Shown: positions 11,601-19,960 of the stretch, piece after piece
Numbering within the stretch: position 1 is the first letter of the stretch
Layout of the letters: each line of letters begins with the position of its first letter
IMG/VR virus record: IMGVR_UViG_3300027798_000017
Span: 1-64,000 of that record
Length of the DNA stretch: 64,000 bases
DNA from: a virus
Direction: 5' to 3' (one strand)
The notes under the pieces: generated by a model
What the model was told of the DNA's origin: nothing
Database searches by the model: none
Seen by the model: only the letters and a program-made list of their open reading frames with translations
Translations under genes and position numbers: made by a program

Positions 11601-13490
11601 CTTGTCATCAAATAATTGTTTTTTTCTTTTGTTATATCTTTCTAGTACTTTTGATAACTGTAATTTTGTAGATATATCAGTTGCAGCATCTCTTGCTTTT
11701 TCAAAATGTGCTATTACATCATTTAATTTTGTTTCTACTGTTTTGACATCATAACTTTTTGTTATAATTTCTTTCTGTTTAGTATTAAGTTTTTTAAGTG
11801 CTTCTTCATATAAAATTGTGTGCATGTCATCAATCTTATCCTGATCTGAAAAAGGCAACCATCCAACATTCCAAGGCACATCAATTTGTTTAATGTCATC
11901 TGCTGCAGCAATCATCATTGCTGGATCTCCTGAAAGTAATGCATTATAATAAGCCTCTCCTGCAGTATACTGTTCAGCATTCTCAGACATGTAAGCATCT
12001 AAGTCAGACTTAGTACCAAATCCAGGTATGTTATCCTTATAAGGATTTTTAAGTTTTGCATCTGCTTCAGCTTTGACTCTTACAGCATCATCCTCTCTTT
12101 TCTTCTTAGCTATTTGCTCTTGAGAAAGTGTACCATATTGTTTATCAATATTATAAATAGCTGTTTCCTCTGCTTGACGATCTTTGGTATAAGTGCCATC
12201 TGAAGTAATACCCATCAATGCTTCATTGATTTCTTTTACTCTTGCTTCTTCTTCTGCTGTAGCATTTCCACTCATTACCTTAGCCATGAGAGGTTCAAGT
12301 TCTTTTGCTTTAGTATAATAACCAGATTTCTGACGCTGCTCTTCAAGTGATTTTAATTGTACTACTTTAGATTTCTCATAATTAGTAGGTGTATTAGTAA
12401 CCTTAAAGTTTTTGTCAAAATTATTTTGAGCTTTTACTTGTGTAGCAGTAGGCTTTTTCTTAGGTTGTGCTGCTGGAGCAGAAGACCATTCTTGTGCATT
12501 GCTTTGAAAACCATGTTCAGGTATTCTAAATATGTCTTTTGTACTTGCATACTGAGATGTAACACATTCTTTTACGTATGGATTCCAAACAAATCCAGAT
12601 TTACATCCTGTCTTTGGAGCACTATTAGGATATTGAAATGCATTTTGCATCATTTCAAACCATCCACCTTCTTCAAATCTAGGTAACATTGATCCACCAT
12701 ATCTACCCATCATCTGAGATGCAACATCATCTGGTGCAACTGCAGGGCCTTCTGGCATCATACCAGCCATAGCATCTTCATCTTCAGACATAGGAATTCC
12801 TTGACCTTGTTGTGGTGGCATCATACCTTCTTGCATTCCCATACCTTGTTCAGGTTGTTGTGGTGCAAACTGTTGAGCCATTTGGTTTGGATCAATACCC
12901 ATGGTTGCTAAAACCTCTTCAGCTATTGCAGGAATTCCATCAGGAAATCCTTTCATGGATTCTTGTATGAATGCTAGTATGCCAAGCTTTTGCTTATTCT
13001 TTTTAAGCATTTCACCAGCAGAACGTTTTGACAATGGATCAGCATTATCATCTTTGAGAATTTCTATGTATGTATTTATTTCATATTTTTTAGAAATCTC
13101 TCCAGGTGTGTATCCTTGTTTTCTAAAAGGTAAATTGAATATTTTTTCTATTACCTCTTTGTCTTTAATAGTAAGTGATTTGGTATCTGAGAAAATAAAT
13201 GAACCTTCAGGAATATTTACAGGTATTCCTCCTTCAGAGTGACGCTTGCCTTGAAAGTGCATAAGCTCCATTGTACCATCATTGTTGACATCACCAATAA
13301 CTGACTCGCCACCTTCAACTTCAATGTTTGCTTGGTCACGTGGAATACCTCCCATTTTGTTATTTACACTAACAGATTGTGGAGCATTTTGCATTACCCT
13401 GTTATTTCTAACAAGACCATAGCCATCTTGCTGACCTGTTTCTTGGTGTGTCCCACCATTTGGAGCTGTTTTTATACGTACTCTATACAT
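8700..13490 (-). CDS. Large cargo protein, 1596 aa, with crAss-type N-terminal EVEGGE...HSEGG...FIFSD domain and xxxGG motifs
   Basis: NIEVEGGESV, GKRHSEGGIPV and SFIFSD are motifs typical of crAss-like cargo proteins; Q/M/P-rich linkers; many xxxGG motifs. Confidence 0.75.
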   Translation of the reverse strand: MYRVRIKTAPNGGTHQETGQQDGYGLVRNNRVMQNAPQSVSVNNKMGGIPRDQANIEVEGGESVIGDVNNDGTMELMHFQGKRHSEGGIPVNIPEGSFIFSDTKSLTIKDKEVIEKIFNLPFRKQGYTPGEISKKYEINTYIEILKDDNADPLSKRSAGEMLKKNKQKLGILAFIQESMKGFPDGIPAIAEEVLATMGIDPNQMAQQFAPQQPEQGMGMQEGMMPPQQGQGIPMSEDEDAMAGMMPEGPAVAPDDVASQMMGRYGGSMLPRFEEGGWFEMMQNAFQYPNSAPKTGCKSGFVWNPYVKECVTSQYASTKDIFRIPEHGFQSNAQEWSSAPAAQPKKKPTATQVKAQNNFDKNFKVTNTPTNYEKSKVVQLKSLEEQRQKSGYYTKAKELEPLMAKVMSGNATAEEEARVKEINEALMGITSDGTYTKDRQAEETAIYNIDKQYGTLSQEQIAKKKREDDAVRVKAEADAKLKNPYKDNIPGFGTKSDLDAYMSENAEQYTAGEAYYNALLSGDPAMMIAAADDIKQIDVPWNVGWLPFSDQDKIDDMHTILYEEALKKLNTKQKEIITKSYDVKTVETKLNDVIAHFEKARDAATDISTKLQLSKVLERYNKRKKQLFDDKQYLGWYNDVQKSNVTPNSSGWLGFLDYDLGNPIQDKKFGFGDDETLISFVEDVTQQHDRIKSTNVSATNPLAFKGQTSSGGSGNTEGLIGMSESDSFERFDTEGKVKEVYTSLYKNDNKPSSATTFKAEYKVNALPNSTFRVDTDANGKAVWTEYTEDGAEMAVSDANLVKELNAKATAAESKPGKPVVYAIKPAEDVGTGSIIDILNEEMKLNPGSTTNQSGSGTSNQTQKKSVIAPVKSPAKEKPKFENGLTDDDFKFKTGGVVGQTMRINNQQFRYGGLIDEEGKLRYNRGGSVLPKYAGAGTVTGPGDPPKEEYLDDYTIPSTGQKTKRYKQIFTDPNGGPPTTIVIIRDATDETKIVGRRNNETGESYKSHEPPVTRASSTWITPDILTKEEQDYVDLKWNGNKQAYVDFQNSNNQIRLNKELRKDIAAQYKLDVNDAGKGMYSGDATKRAGYHASYGKDVEKIQDDEEAIINNMMQFEQNNARLAAFNLGRSADQNIAGTSGQGAYVNKTAADLIKANPNGLGDLDFSKNYMGQGTYISYRRTLQNNPKYADFASWDASGQNDESIFGIKGKVSGIDNYNTDTTLFERLGYKAKPPQPQVKPGEKQAFYCVENSDGTKSVQTVSYKEGETPTAPTGDKVVKATQYDTLELANTNCEVPKEKPKDELIPPKKRQPDTWFTPDVINLATGERQRVPHPNAVLRQMPQIYSGYDLNNPITQIAGITGLSKQKADLAMNTLDPTVANAMGAGEGYDALAKGIAGVEEKNVDTVNNYLGRIGQLQYNYDAANMQGRRQFDVDSEVGKEEFAAQLNKKDAQNAMLYNTGWGNVFKDNGFRLAYPQAQWANRITPDYSWSGNGKNPLGPDTSVSPGGNLSGQSDCSGVYAEAYNSVKNDASRDEAAKKEYASRMEASCLQQNNSRANKTQQQQYVANTNSLFGAEFGGVFYTAPGSFEFGGSYFDDY

Positions 13491-13529
13491 ATTCTAAAAT
13501 TTTAAAAAGGGACATGTACTACCACATCC

Positions 13530-13549
13530 CTCATTAGAAGTTACAAAAA
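13530..13549 (-). promoter_or_regulatory. Putative late-promoter motif TTTTTGTAACTTCTAATGAG
   Basis: One of five similar intergenic motifs upstream of minus-strand late genes. Confidence 0.5.
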
Positions 13550-13578
13550 TATTCTGATTAATCCAATCCTCCATACCA

Positions 13579-13586
13579 CAAATATA
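13579..13586 (-). promoter_or_regulatory. Bacteroidota sigma-A -7 element TATATTTG
   Basis: Matches TAnnTTTG in the intergenic gap upstream of the 1596-aa gene. Confidence 0.4.
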
Positions 13587-13592
13587 GTAAAT

Positions 13593-16370
13593 CTAATCTA
13601 AAAACTCTACTTCACCACCCATTGCTATAATAGCCTGCAGTGCTTGTGGAGATAAATTATATGTTCCACCTTTTCTGTATATGCTTCCACCAAACTTTGC
13701 ATTAAGAGTTGTTTGCCAATCTTGAGTTGCACCTTGATTTGCTAAGTCATAGTTAGAACCTTGATTTGCATTTGTTTGCCAAGAACCATACATATTAATT
13801 GGATTGACAGCAGCGTACTCCATTGAGTTACCAACCTGTTGTCTTTTCTTTCCAATTTCATTTATTCGTTTTCTACCATTTATTTCATCTAAACCAGCAT
13901 TCCATCCAGATAAACCTGAATACATGTTTTGTGCCACACGCGCACCTAATGCATCTCCACGATTAACAGTTACTTCTTTTGTGTCAACCATGTTTGCATT
14001 TGGATTTGCACTTAATGCGTTGTTAGCATTGTTGGTCATGTTTAATGGTTGAGTTGTTGCATTTGTCTGATTTCCAGTTGTGTTGTTAAAACTTGCAACA
14101 TAGTCATTGTATGGTTGTATGTCTTCTGGTTTTAATGGAAAAGTTTTTGATTGTACCTGCGCCCATTCTTGTTGTGTGTATGGAGATGTCTCATTATTTA
14201 TTGCTCCACCTGGTCCATACATTGGCATAGATATTCTTAACTTACGTCTGTTGTCAGTAAATGGATCCCATTCACCACCATCTCTTTTTACTACTGCAGG
14301 ATCTTCATCAGAAGGATTAACTCTATTCATAAAAGCATTTGACTCATCTGAATCACTAAGATTTGGATCCCATGCAGCATCACGCTTAAATTGATTTCGT
14401 TGTCTCATTTTACCAAAGAATCCAGCATCATCATAATCTTGTTGTAAATCTTCTTTTGTGCCATACTTATTTTCTCCAAACAATGCAGGACCTTGTGCTC
14501 TAAAATCTTTCTTTGTTTTTCCAGTAATGTCAAGCATGTCATTCATTCTATCAGTATCACCATACTTATCCATGATTGGATTACCATCTGCGTCTGTTCC
14601 CATTTGTCTTTCATGGTTACGTAATGGATTATCATATGAAGCAAGTTGTCCTTGTCTATTAACACCTACAGGCTGACCATACTTGTCAGTAACACCTTTT
14701 CCATCTTTAGTACTTTGCATCATCATACCTTTTGGTATGTCTTCATTTACTCCACTATCAGCTATATTACCTGAAGCATTCTGAGATCCATTGTTACCTT
14801 GGTTCTGAGAATCATCTCTACCAGCATTTCTAAATGAACGTTTGTTATCATACTCAAACCTGTTCCCTTTATCATCATAGACTGTACGCTTGTTACCAGA
14901 AAATATTTTCTTAGCCCCAAGTGCTGCACTTGATACAGCACCTGTTGCACCTAGCAACATTTGAAGATATGGACCAAAGGCTCCAGTAGCACCAAGTGTT
15001 TGTGCACTACCTAAATTACTTCCTACTGCCAATGCTTTGTTTACCCAGTTGTTATCAAGATTTGCAATTTTATTTTTATCAGTTCTTACAATGTATGGAC
15101 TGTTTGTCAATCTTGGATCTATTGGTGCATCATTATTATTGTTATTATTATTCGCAGCATTATCTTTCTCAGGCATAGCCATTGTCATTTTATCCTGCAT
15201 CCCTGTGACATAGTTATTTAACTGTAATAAATTTGGACCATGACCACCTGCTATACCAGGACCATAACCACTTGGTGTACCTATATTATTTGGATCATCA
15301 ACAGACATTGTTGCTTTACTTTGTAAATCCTTTACATATTGATTAACATCCATTGCATTAAATTTACCTGTAAATCCACCTCCACCAAGAAATCTAGTAA
15401 GACCACCAAAACGTGCGTTTCCTGTAGTATTAAGATTTGGTACAGGTGTTACATTAGGTACTGTTGGTGTTACTGGTTTTTGTTGCCATGGCATTTGTCC
15501 ATCCATCATATTCTGGTGTACAACACCCATAGCAGCCATTGAGTTATCAAAACCTTGTTGTCTTTTTGTTTGATTTGCATTCAGTAAATTGTCATAATAA
15601 GAACCTTCTGCATTACGATTTTTATCTTGCAAGTTTGCAGTTCGCATTATGTTATCATTATAATTATCAGTTCCTTGTTTAACTGCATTTTGTGTTTGAA
15701 CAGGATTTCCTGTACCAAGGTTTACTGGACCTGCACCTGCTTGCATCATAGTAGCAGTGGTTGCTGTTGGAATACAAGTACCTGTAGCATCACTCCATAT
15801 AAGACCATCAGGACAAGTACCACCCATATTCATTCTGCGCAATCTTCTCATTGAACCACCAAAACGTCCTTCTTGCATTTCTGCATCAGCCATATTTGAC
15901 TGATCTCCTTGTTGATTCATTGCCATCATTGATGGATCCATTCCAGCACCAGGACCAGCTTGATTCATCGTTCCCATTTGTTGCTGCTGCGCCATTTGTT
16001 GTTGTCGCGCTTGCATTTCCATTTGACGCTCTTGTTCTGAAGTGGAGTAATCACCTTCAGATATTGTTTTATCAAACTCTTGCTTGGCAACTAAAATCAA
16101 CTCATCAGCTTGGTCTGCCTTTACTCCTGAGTCAACAAGAGTTTTCCTCAAGATTCTTTCACTTGTACCTTTGCTTAACTGATCTAACAGAAACGTCATA
16201 AGTTGTTTTGCACTTGCATCAAGTGTTGTAGGTTGGCGCTTTTGACCTACTTCTGCAATAGGTCCCATTGGAGATTGACCCTCCATGTTTTCTCCACCAT
16301 CTGCGTATCTAACTTTGCCACCACACTTGTAGCAAGGTCCACCTGTCATATATTCTAACATGTTATTCAT
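13593..16370 (-). CDS. Low-complexity cargo protein, 925 aa, ~11 xxxGG motifs
   Basis: N/Q/M/G-rich with a hydrophobic Gly/Ala segment; C-terminal YRKGGTYNLS...AMGGEVEFLD module; ends in TAG. Confidence 0.7.
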   Translation of the reverse strand: MNNMLEYMTGGPCYKCGGKVRYADGGENMEGQSPMGPIAEVGQKRQPTTLDASAKQLMTFLLDQLSKGTSERILRKTLVDSGVKADQADELILVAKQEFDKTISEGDYSTSEQERQMEMQARQQQMAQQQQMGTMNQAGPGAGMDPSMMAMNQQGDQSNMADAEMQEGRFGGSMRRLRRMNMGGTCPDGLIWSDATGTCIPTATTATMMQAGAGPVNLGTGNPVQTQNAVKQGTDNYNDNIMRTANLQDKNRNAEGSYYDNLLNANQTKRQQGFDNSMAAMGVVHQNMMDGQMPWQQKPVTPTVPNVTPVPNLNTTGNARFGGLTRFLGGGGFTGKFNAMDVNQYVKDLQSKATMSVDDPNNIGTPSGYGPGIAGGHGPNLLQLNNYVTGMQDKMTMAMPEKDNAANNNNNNNDAPIDPRLTNSPYIVRTDKNKIANLDNNWVNKALAVGSNLGSAQTLGATGAFGPYLQMLLGATGAVSSAALGAKKIFSGNKRTVYDDKGNRFEYDNKRSFRNAGRDDSQNQGNNGSQNASGNIADSGVNEDIPKGMMMQSTKDGKGVTDKYGQPVGVNRQGQLASYDNPLRNHERQMGTDADGNPIMDKYGDTDRMNDMLDITGKTKKDFRAQGPALFGENKYGTKEDLQQDYDDAGFFGKMRQRNQFKRDAAWDPNLSDSDESNAFMNRVNPSDEDPAVVKRDGGEWDPFTDNRRKLRISMPMYGPGGAINNETSPYTQQEWAQVQSKTFPLKPEDIQPYNDYVASFNNTTGNQTNATTQPLNMTNNANNALSANPNANMVDTKEVTVNRGDALGARVAQNMYSGLSGWNAGLDEINGRKRINEIGKKRQQVGNSMEYAAVNPINMYGSWQTNANQGSNYDLANQGATQDWQTTLNAKFGGSIYRKGGTYNLSPQALQAIIAMGGEVEFLD

Positions 16371-19300
16371 TTTCTGATAAATTTACTTAAAGTTTTTATA
16401 TTACCACCATACTTGTTTTCTGGTGTTTGTTCTTGTTCAGAATTTTGCATCAACATCATACCAGCACCACCAATTCCAATTGGCACAACTCCTGGCATTT
16501 TATTTAAAACGTCTGACATTATTTTAAAGTTTCCTGATTTATTTTGCATTATCTCATATATACGCAATGGATATTTATTACCAACCTCTGCCATATATTT
16601 TGTATAATGATTTGTTAATATTTCAGGTGTTATAGTTTGATACAAATCATCTATCATACCACGCTGTAACATGTCTGCGCGAACCTCTTCCATAAATGCA
16701 GTTTTTTCTTGACCCTTACTACCTGTTCTCCAGTACTTACTCATTCTTTTAAAAGGATCAATCCCAGTCATAATTTTATTATAGAAGTTTGAAGCACCTT
16801 TTTCATTTGAAAACAAATTGGAATTTAATGATGGACTATTTGGTTTTAAACTTATCTCAGAAAGCATCTCATCTAAATTTGTTTTTGCACCTTGTTGAAA
16901 ATAATGACCAAATTCATGTTCTACTATTCTTGCTAAATCATCTGCTGTTAACTCTGGACTAGCTAAAATTGAATATATATCTGATGGTGATGCATCTTGA
17001 TATTTTGAAGTATTTTGTTTTGTCAAGTTAATTGCTTCTGCATCACTTCCCATATTTCCTGTAAGATCTCTTAATCTCATCATGTGAGCATTGAGTGTTT
17101 TTCCTTCAATTGCTTCTTCACCAAACAGTAATTCACCTTCTAATTTACTTGCTTGTTTTTTTAATCTATCAAGTTGCAATGGATTAGCATTAGGGTTTGA
17201 CTCTAAATTTTTAATTCTTTGAGTTATTAACGCAAACTCTTCTTCCATTGAACTTTGCATTGCATTTTCGTTTACCATGTTTGCAAATCCATTTTTAAAA
17301 TCATCATATGTCATATTTTTCATATGAGGATTACTTGCAATAAGTTCTTCAATTCTTTTTTGACCTTCAGGTGAATTAATTTTTAGAAATCTGTCATGTC
17401 TAAGTTCTTCAATAATTGAAGCAGTAGCTTTATTTTTTTCTGCATCATAAGGCATTATCATTTGATCAGATGTTCCTGACAAATCAGTAGCACCAGAAGT
17501 TCCTGCTTCTAATTCAGTTGCAGTTGTATTAGAATTATTAAAAGATTTTATATTTCTTGGTTGTACAACATAATCAGTTCCCCCTCTTTCATTAGAAAAC
17601 TTTCCTACAACTTTCATATCAAAACCAGAACCCGTCACTTCTAATTCATTAACTGGTCCTTGAGCTTGTGAAAAGGATTGTTCTGCTTCTCCAATTAATT
17701 TTTGTATTGCTTCTTCTTTATTAGCAGGATCTGCATACAGTCTAAGTCTTTCCGCTCTTGCTGCATTATGACCTTTTGCAAATTCTGTTGCTTGATCTAG
17801 TGTAAATACATCTTCTGGTCCAGTTCTCTGTTTACCTACAAGTTCTTCTGGTGTTAAATCTTTATCCCATTCACTTGGTTTTAAATATGATTCTGCTTTT
17901 TTATTATATATTGCTTCAGCTTGTGCTCGTACTTCTTCAGGAGATAGTCGCTGTGTTCCATAGTAATTATCACCAACTTTTGAAGATTGATCAATTTCTG
18001 TTTGCTTACTAAAATCTTTTACAGTCAGTTCTTCTTCAGCTATATTACCATAATATCCTTCTTCAATTGGCTCATATCTGTTTTTAATAAAATTACCTTC
18101 AACCTTTTTAGCATTTTTTCCACTTAACACAATTCTATCTTTACCCCAATTTGGTGCATCCTTATATCCAGTATTACCAGTTGAAAAAGATAATGGTCTA
18201 TTTTGATTTGTTATACCTGTAACTTGACCTGCTTCATTTGTTGTTACGCCCTCAAATGCTGATGGACTAGAAAATGTTCTTGTCAAAACAGCATCTTGTG
18301 GAAATGCTAATTCTGCTTTACTGATTAATTTATTAAATGCATCTTGTTGTGGACCAGGTTTTAAAAATGGAAAAGAACTATATTGATACTCTTTCAACAT
18401 TGCCTTTTCTACAGAAGTAAAATTATCAGATTGCATAATCTTATCAAACATTGCTGTTGATTTTTCAGCATCCATTCCAGCAGCTGGATTTTTCCATGCA
18501 TTAACATAATTATTCATAAATGAATCTCCTGTTGCAACATCGTTGTATGCTCCTTTCACACCTTGTATTGTTCTAGGTATAATCTTACTGCCACGCATTT
18601 CTAATGCCAAAGGTGTACCCATTGCTGCACCCATGAATAAATTTTTATTACCCTCTTTCCAATTACCTTCACTGTATGCCTTATATGCTTCAGGAAAATA
18701 ATGGGTAGCTGCCTGATATCCACCAACCCCAGTTAACAAGTTTCCTATAGTTGCTTTTTTAGCAAGATTTTGAACAAGTAGTGGAGAATTTTGTAACGCT
18801 GTTGATCCAGCTTTATTTAATAATGTTGCTGGACTAACTTTCATCAAATTATTCATTCCTTTCCATCCTACTTTTGCACCTTTTATCATTGGGATAATTG
18901 TAGCAAAATCAAGTATAGCATCACCATAATCACCTTGTTGTAAATTCTGTCCAGCACTTGAAGCTGCGCGAAAAGGATTGATATAATTCAAAGTGTTATT
19001 TAAAACATTCTCATCTCTATTTAACATCTTATCATAAAATCTTGCATCTTCTCCAAAGTTTTCTGGATCAGTAGACTCAAGTCCTTGAAATGCTAAAGGT
19101 CTTTCAAATTCTAAAAGTCCTCTTTCCAATGTGGTTATTGGATCAGATGCTAGTGCATTAACAGTGTTTATACCTTTCATGTACCAAGGCATTTCATCCC
19201 ATGTTTTCTGTTCTCTTTTTTGAAAGTCTTTATACTTTCTTTCTTCAAGTGTTTTAAAAAAGTCTGGGTTTGTTCTAATTTGTTCAAGAGCTAGTTCTTC

Positions 19301-19960
19301 CATTGTCAAAGGTCCACCAGATCTATGTGAATTTTCTTCTGATAAATATTGATCTCTTAACTTAGGAAAATGTTTAGCAAGATCTCCACTATTTACAACT
19401 TGGCTTGCTGCAGCTTTTTGTCTTTTTGTTATATTGTTCCAATCTTGAAAATTTTCATCAACTGTGCGAATCTTTGGAAACGCATCTGAATTAATGTTCA
19501 CACGCGTGTTGTCAGAACCAACATTTCTTAGATGTAGACCTCTTTCTATTTCTTGTTGTTCTAATTCGTTTTCTTTACGAGCTTGCTCATCTTCTTTTTG
19601 TTTTTGTACTTGAAGTTGTTTTAATAAACTAGCATTTTCAACTGTTGGTGCATTGTTGGATACGTGGTTAATCTTATTTTGTGTAGGAATCAAACGATGA
19701 CTCAAGATGCTTGAATACTCTTGAGCTTTCTTTGCAGTTGCTGCATCTTGCTCTACTTTATATGTTGTGGTTTCTTTTAAATAAGAATTTTTTTCCTTAT
19801 ACATTTTCTCAAGAACATCAGAATCATATACTGCATTTCCATTAATAGATGGATGATTGTATTGAGTATACACCCACTTATTGTAAGTAGGATTAAAGAA
19901 CTGCCATCCGCCATTTCCATCACGTTTGTATCTTACACCACTATAATTATACTCTTTCAT
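16367..19960 (-). CDS. Multidomain cargo/effector protein, 1197 aa: pre-toxin-like region + ADP-ribosyltransferase-like + zincin (HEFGH)
   Basis: Motifs GDYGDAILDFATIIP; VLTR...SFSTG...ELEV; HEFGH...EKTAFMEE; C-terminal KYGG. Confidence 0.65.
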   Translation of the reverse strand: MKEYNYSGVRYKRDGNGGWQFFNPTYNKWVYTQYNHPSINGNAVYDSDVLEKMYKEKNSYLKETTTYKVEQDAATAKKAQEYSSILSHRLIPTQNKINHVSNNAPTVENASLLKQLQVQKQKEDEQARKENELEQQEIERGLHLRNVGSDNTRVNINSDAFPKIRTVDENFQDWNNITKRQKAAASQVVNSGDLAKHFPKLRDQYLSEENSHRSGGPLTMEELALEQIRTNPDFFKTLEERKYKDFQKREQKTWDEMPWYMKGINTVNALASDPITTLERGLLEFERPLAFQGLESTDPENFGEDARFYDKMLNRDENVLNNTLNYINPFRAASSAGQNLQQGDYGDAILDFATIIPMIKGAKVGWKGMNNLMKVSPATLLNKAGSTALQNSPLLVQNLAKKATIGNLLTGVGGYQAATHYFPEAYKAYSEGNWKEGNKNLFMGAAMGTPLALEMRGSKIIPRTIQGVKGAYNDVATGDSFMNNYVNAWKNPAAGMDAEKSTAMFDKIMQSDNFTSVEKAMLKEYQYSSFPFLKPGPQQDAFNKLISKAELAFPQDAVLTRTFSSPSAFEGVTTNEAGQVTGITNQNRPLSFSTGNTGYKDAPNWGKDRIVLSGKNAKKVEGNFIKNRYEPIEEGYYGNIAEEELTVKDFSKQTEIDQSSKVGDNYYGTQRLSPEEVRAQAEAIYNKKAESYLKPSEWDKDLTPEELVGKQRTGPEDVFTLDQATEFAKGHNAARAERLRLYADPANKEEAIQKLIGEAEQSFSQAQGPVNELEVTGSGFDMKVVGKFSNERGGTDYVVQPRNIKSFNNSNTTATELEAGTSGATDLSGTSDQMIMPYDAEKNKATASIIEELRHDRFLKINSPEGQKRIEELIASNPHMKNMTYDDFKNGFANMVNENAMQSSMEEEFALITQRIKNLESNPNANPLQLDRLKKQASKLEGELLFGEEAIEGKTLNAHMMRLRDLTGNMGSDAEAINLTKQNTSKYQDASPSDIYSILASPELTADDLARIVEHEFGHYFQQGAKTNLDEMLSEISLKPNSPSLNSNLFSNEKGASNFYNKIMTGIDPFKRMSKYWRTGSKGQEKTAFMEEVRADMLQRGMIDDLYQTITPEILTNHYTKYMAEVGNKYPLRIYEIMQNKSGNFKIMSDVLNKMPGVVPIGIGGAGMMLMQNSEQEQTPENKYGGNIKTLSKFIRK

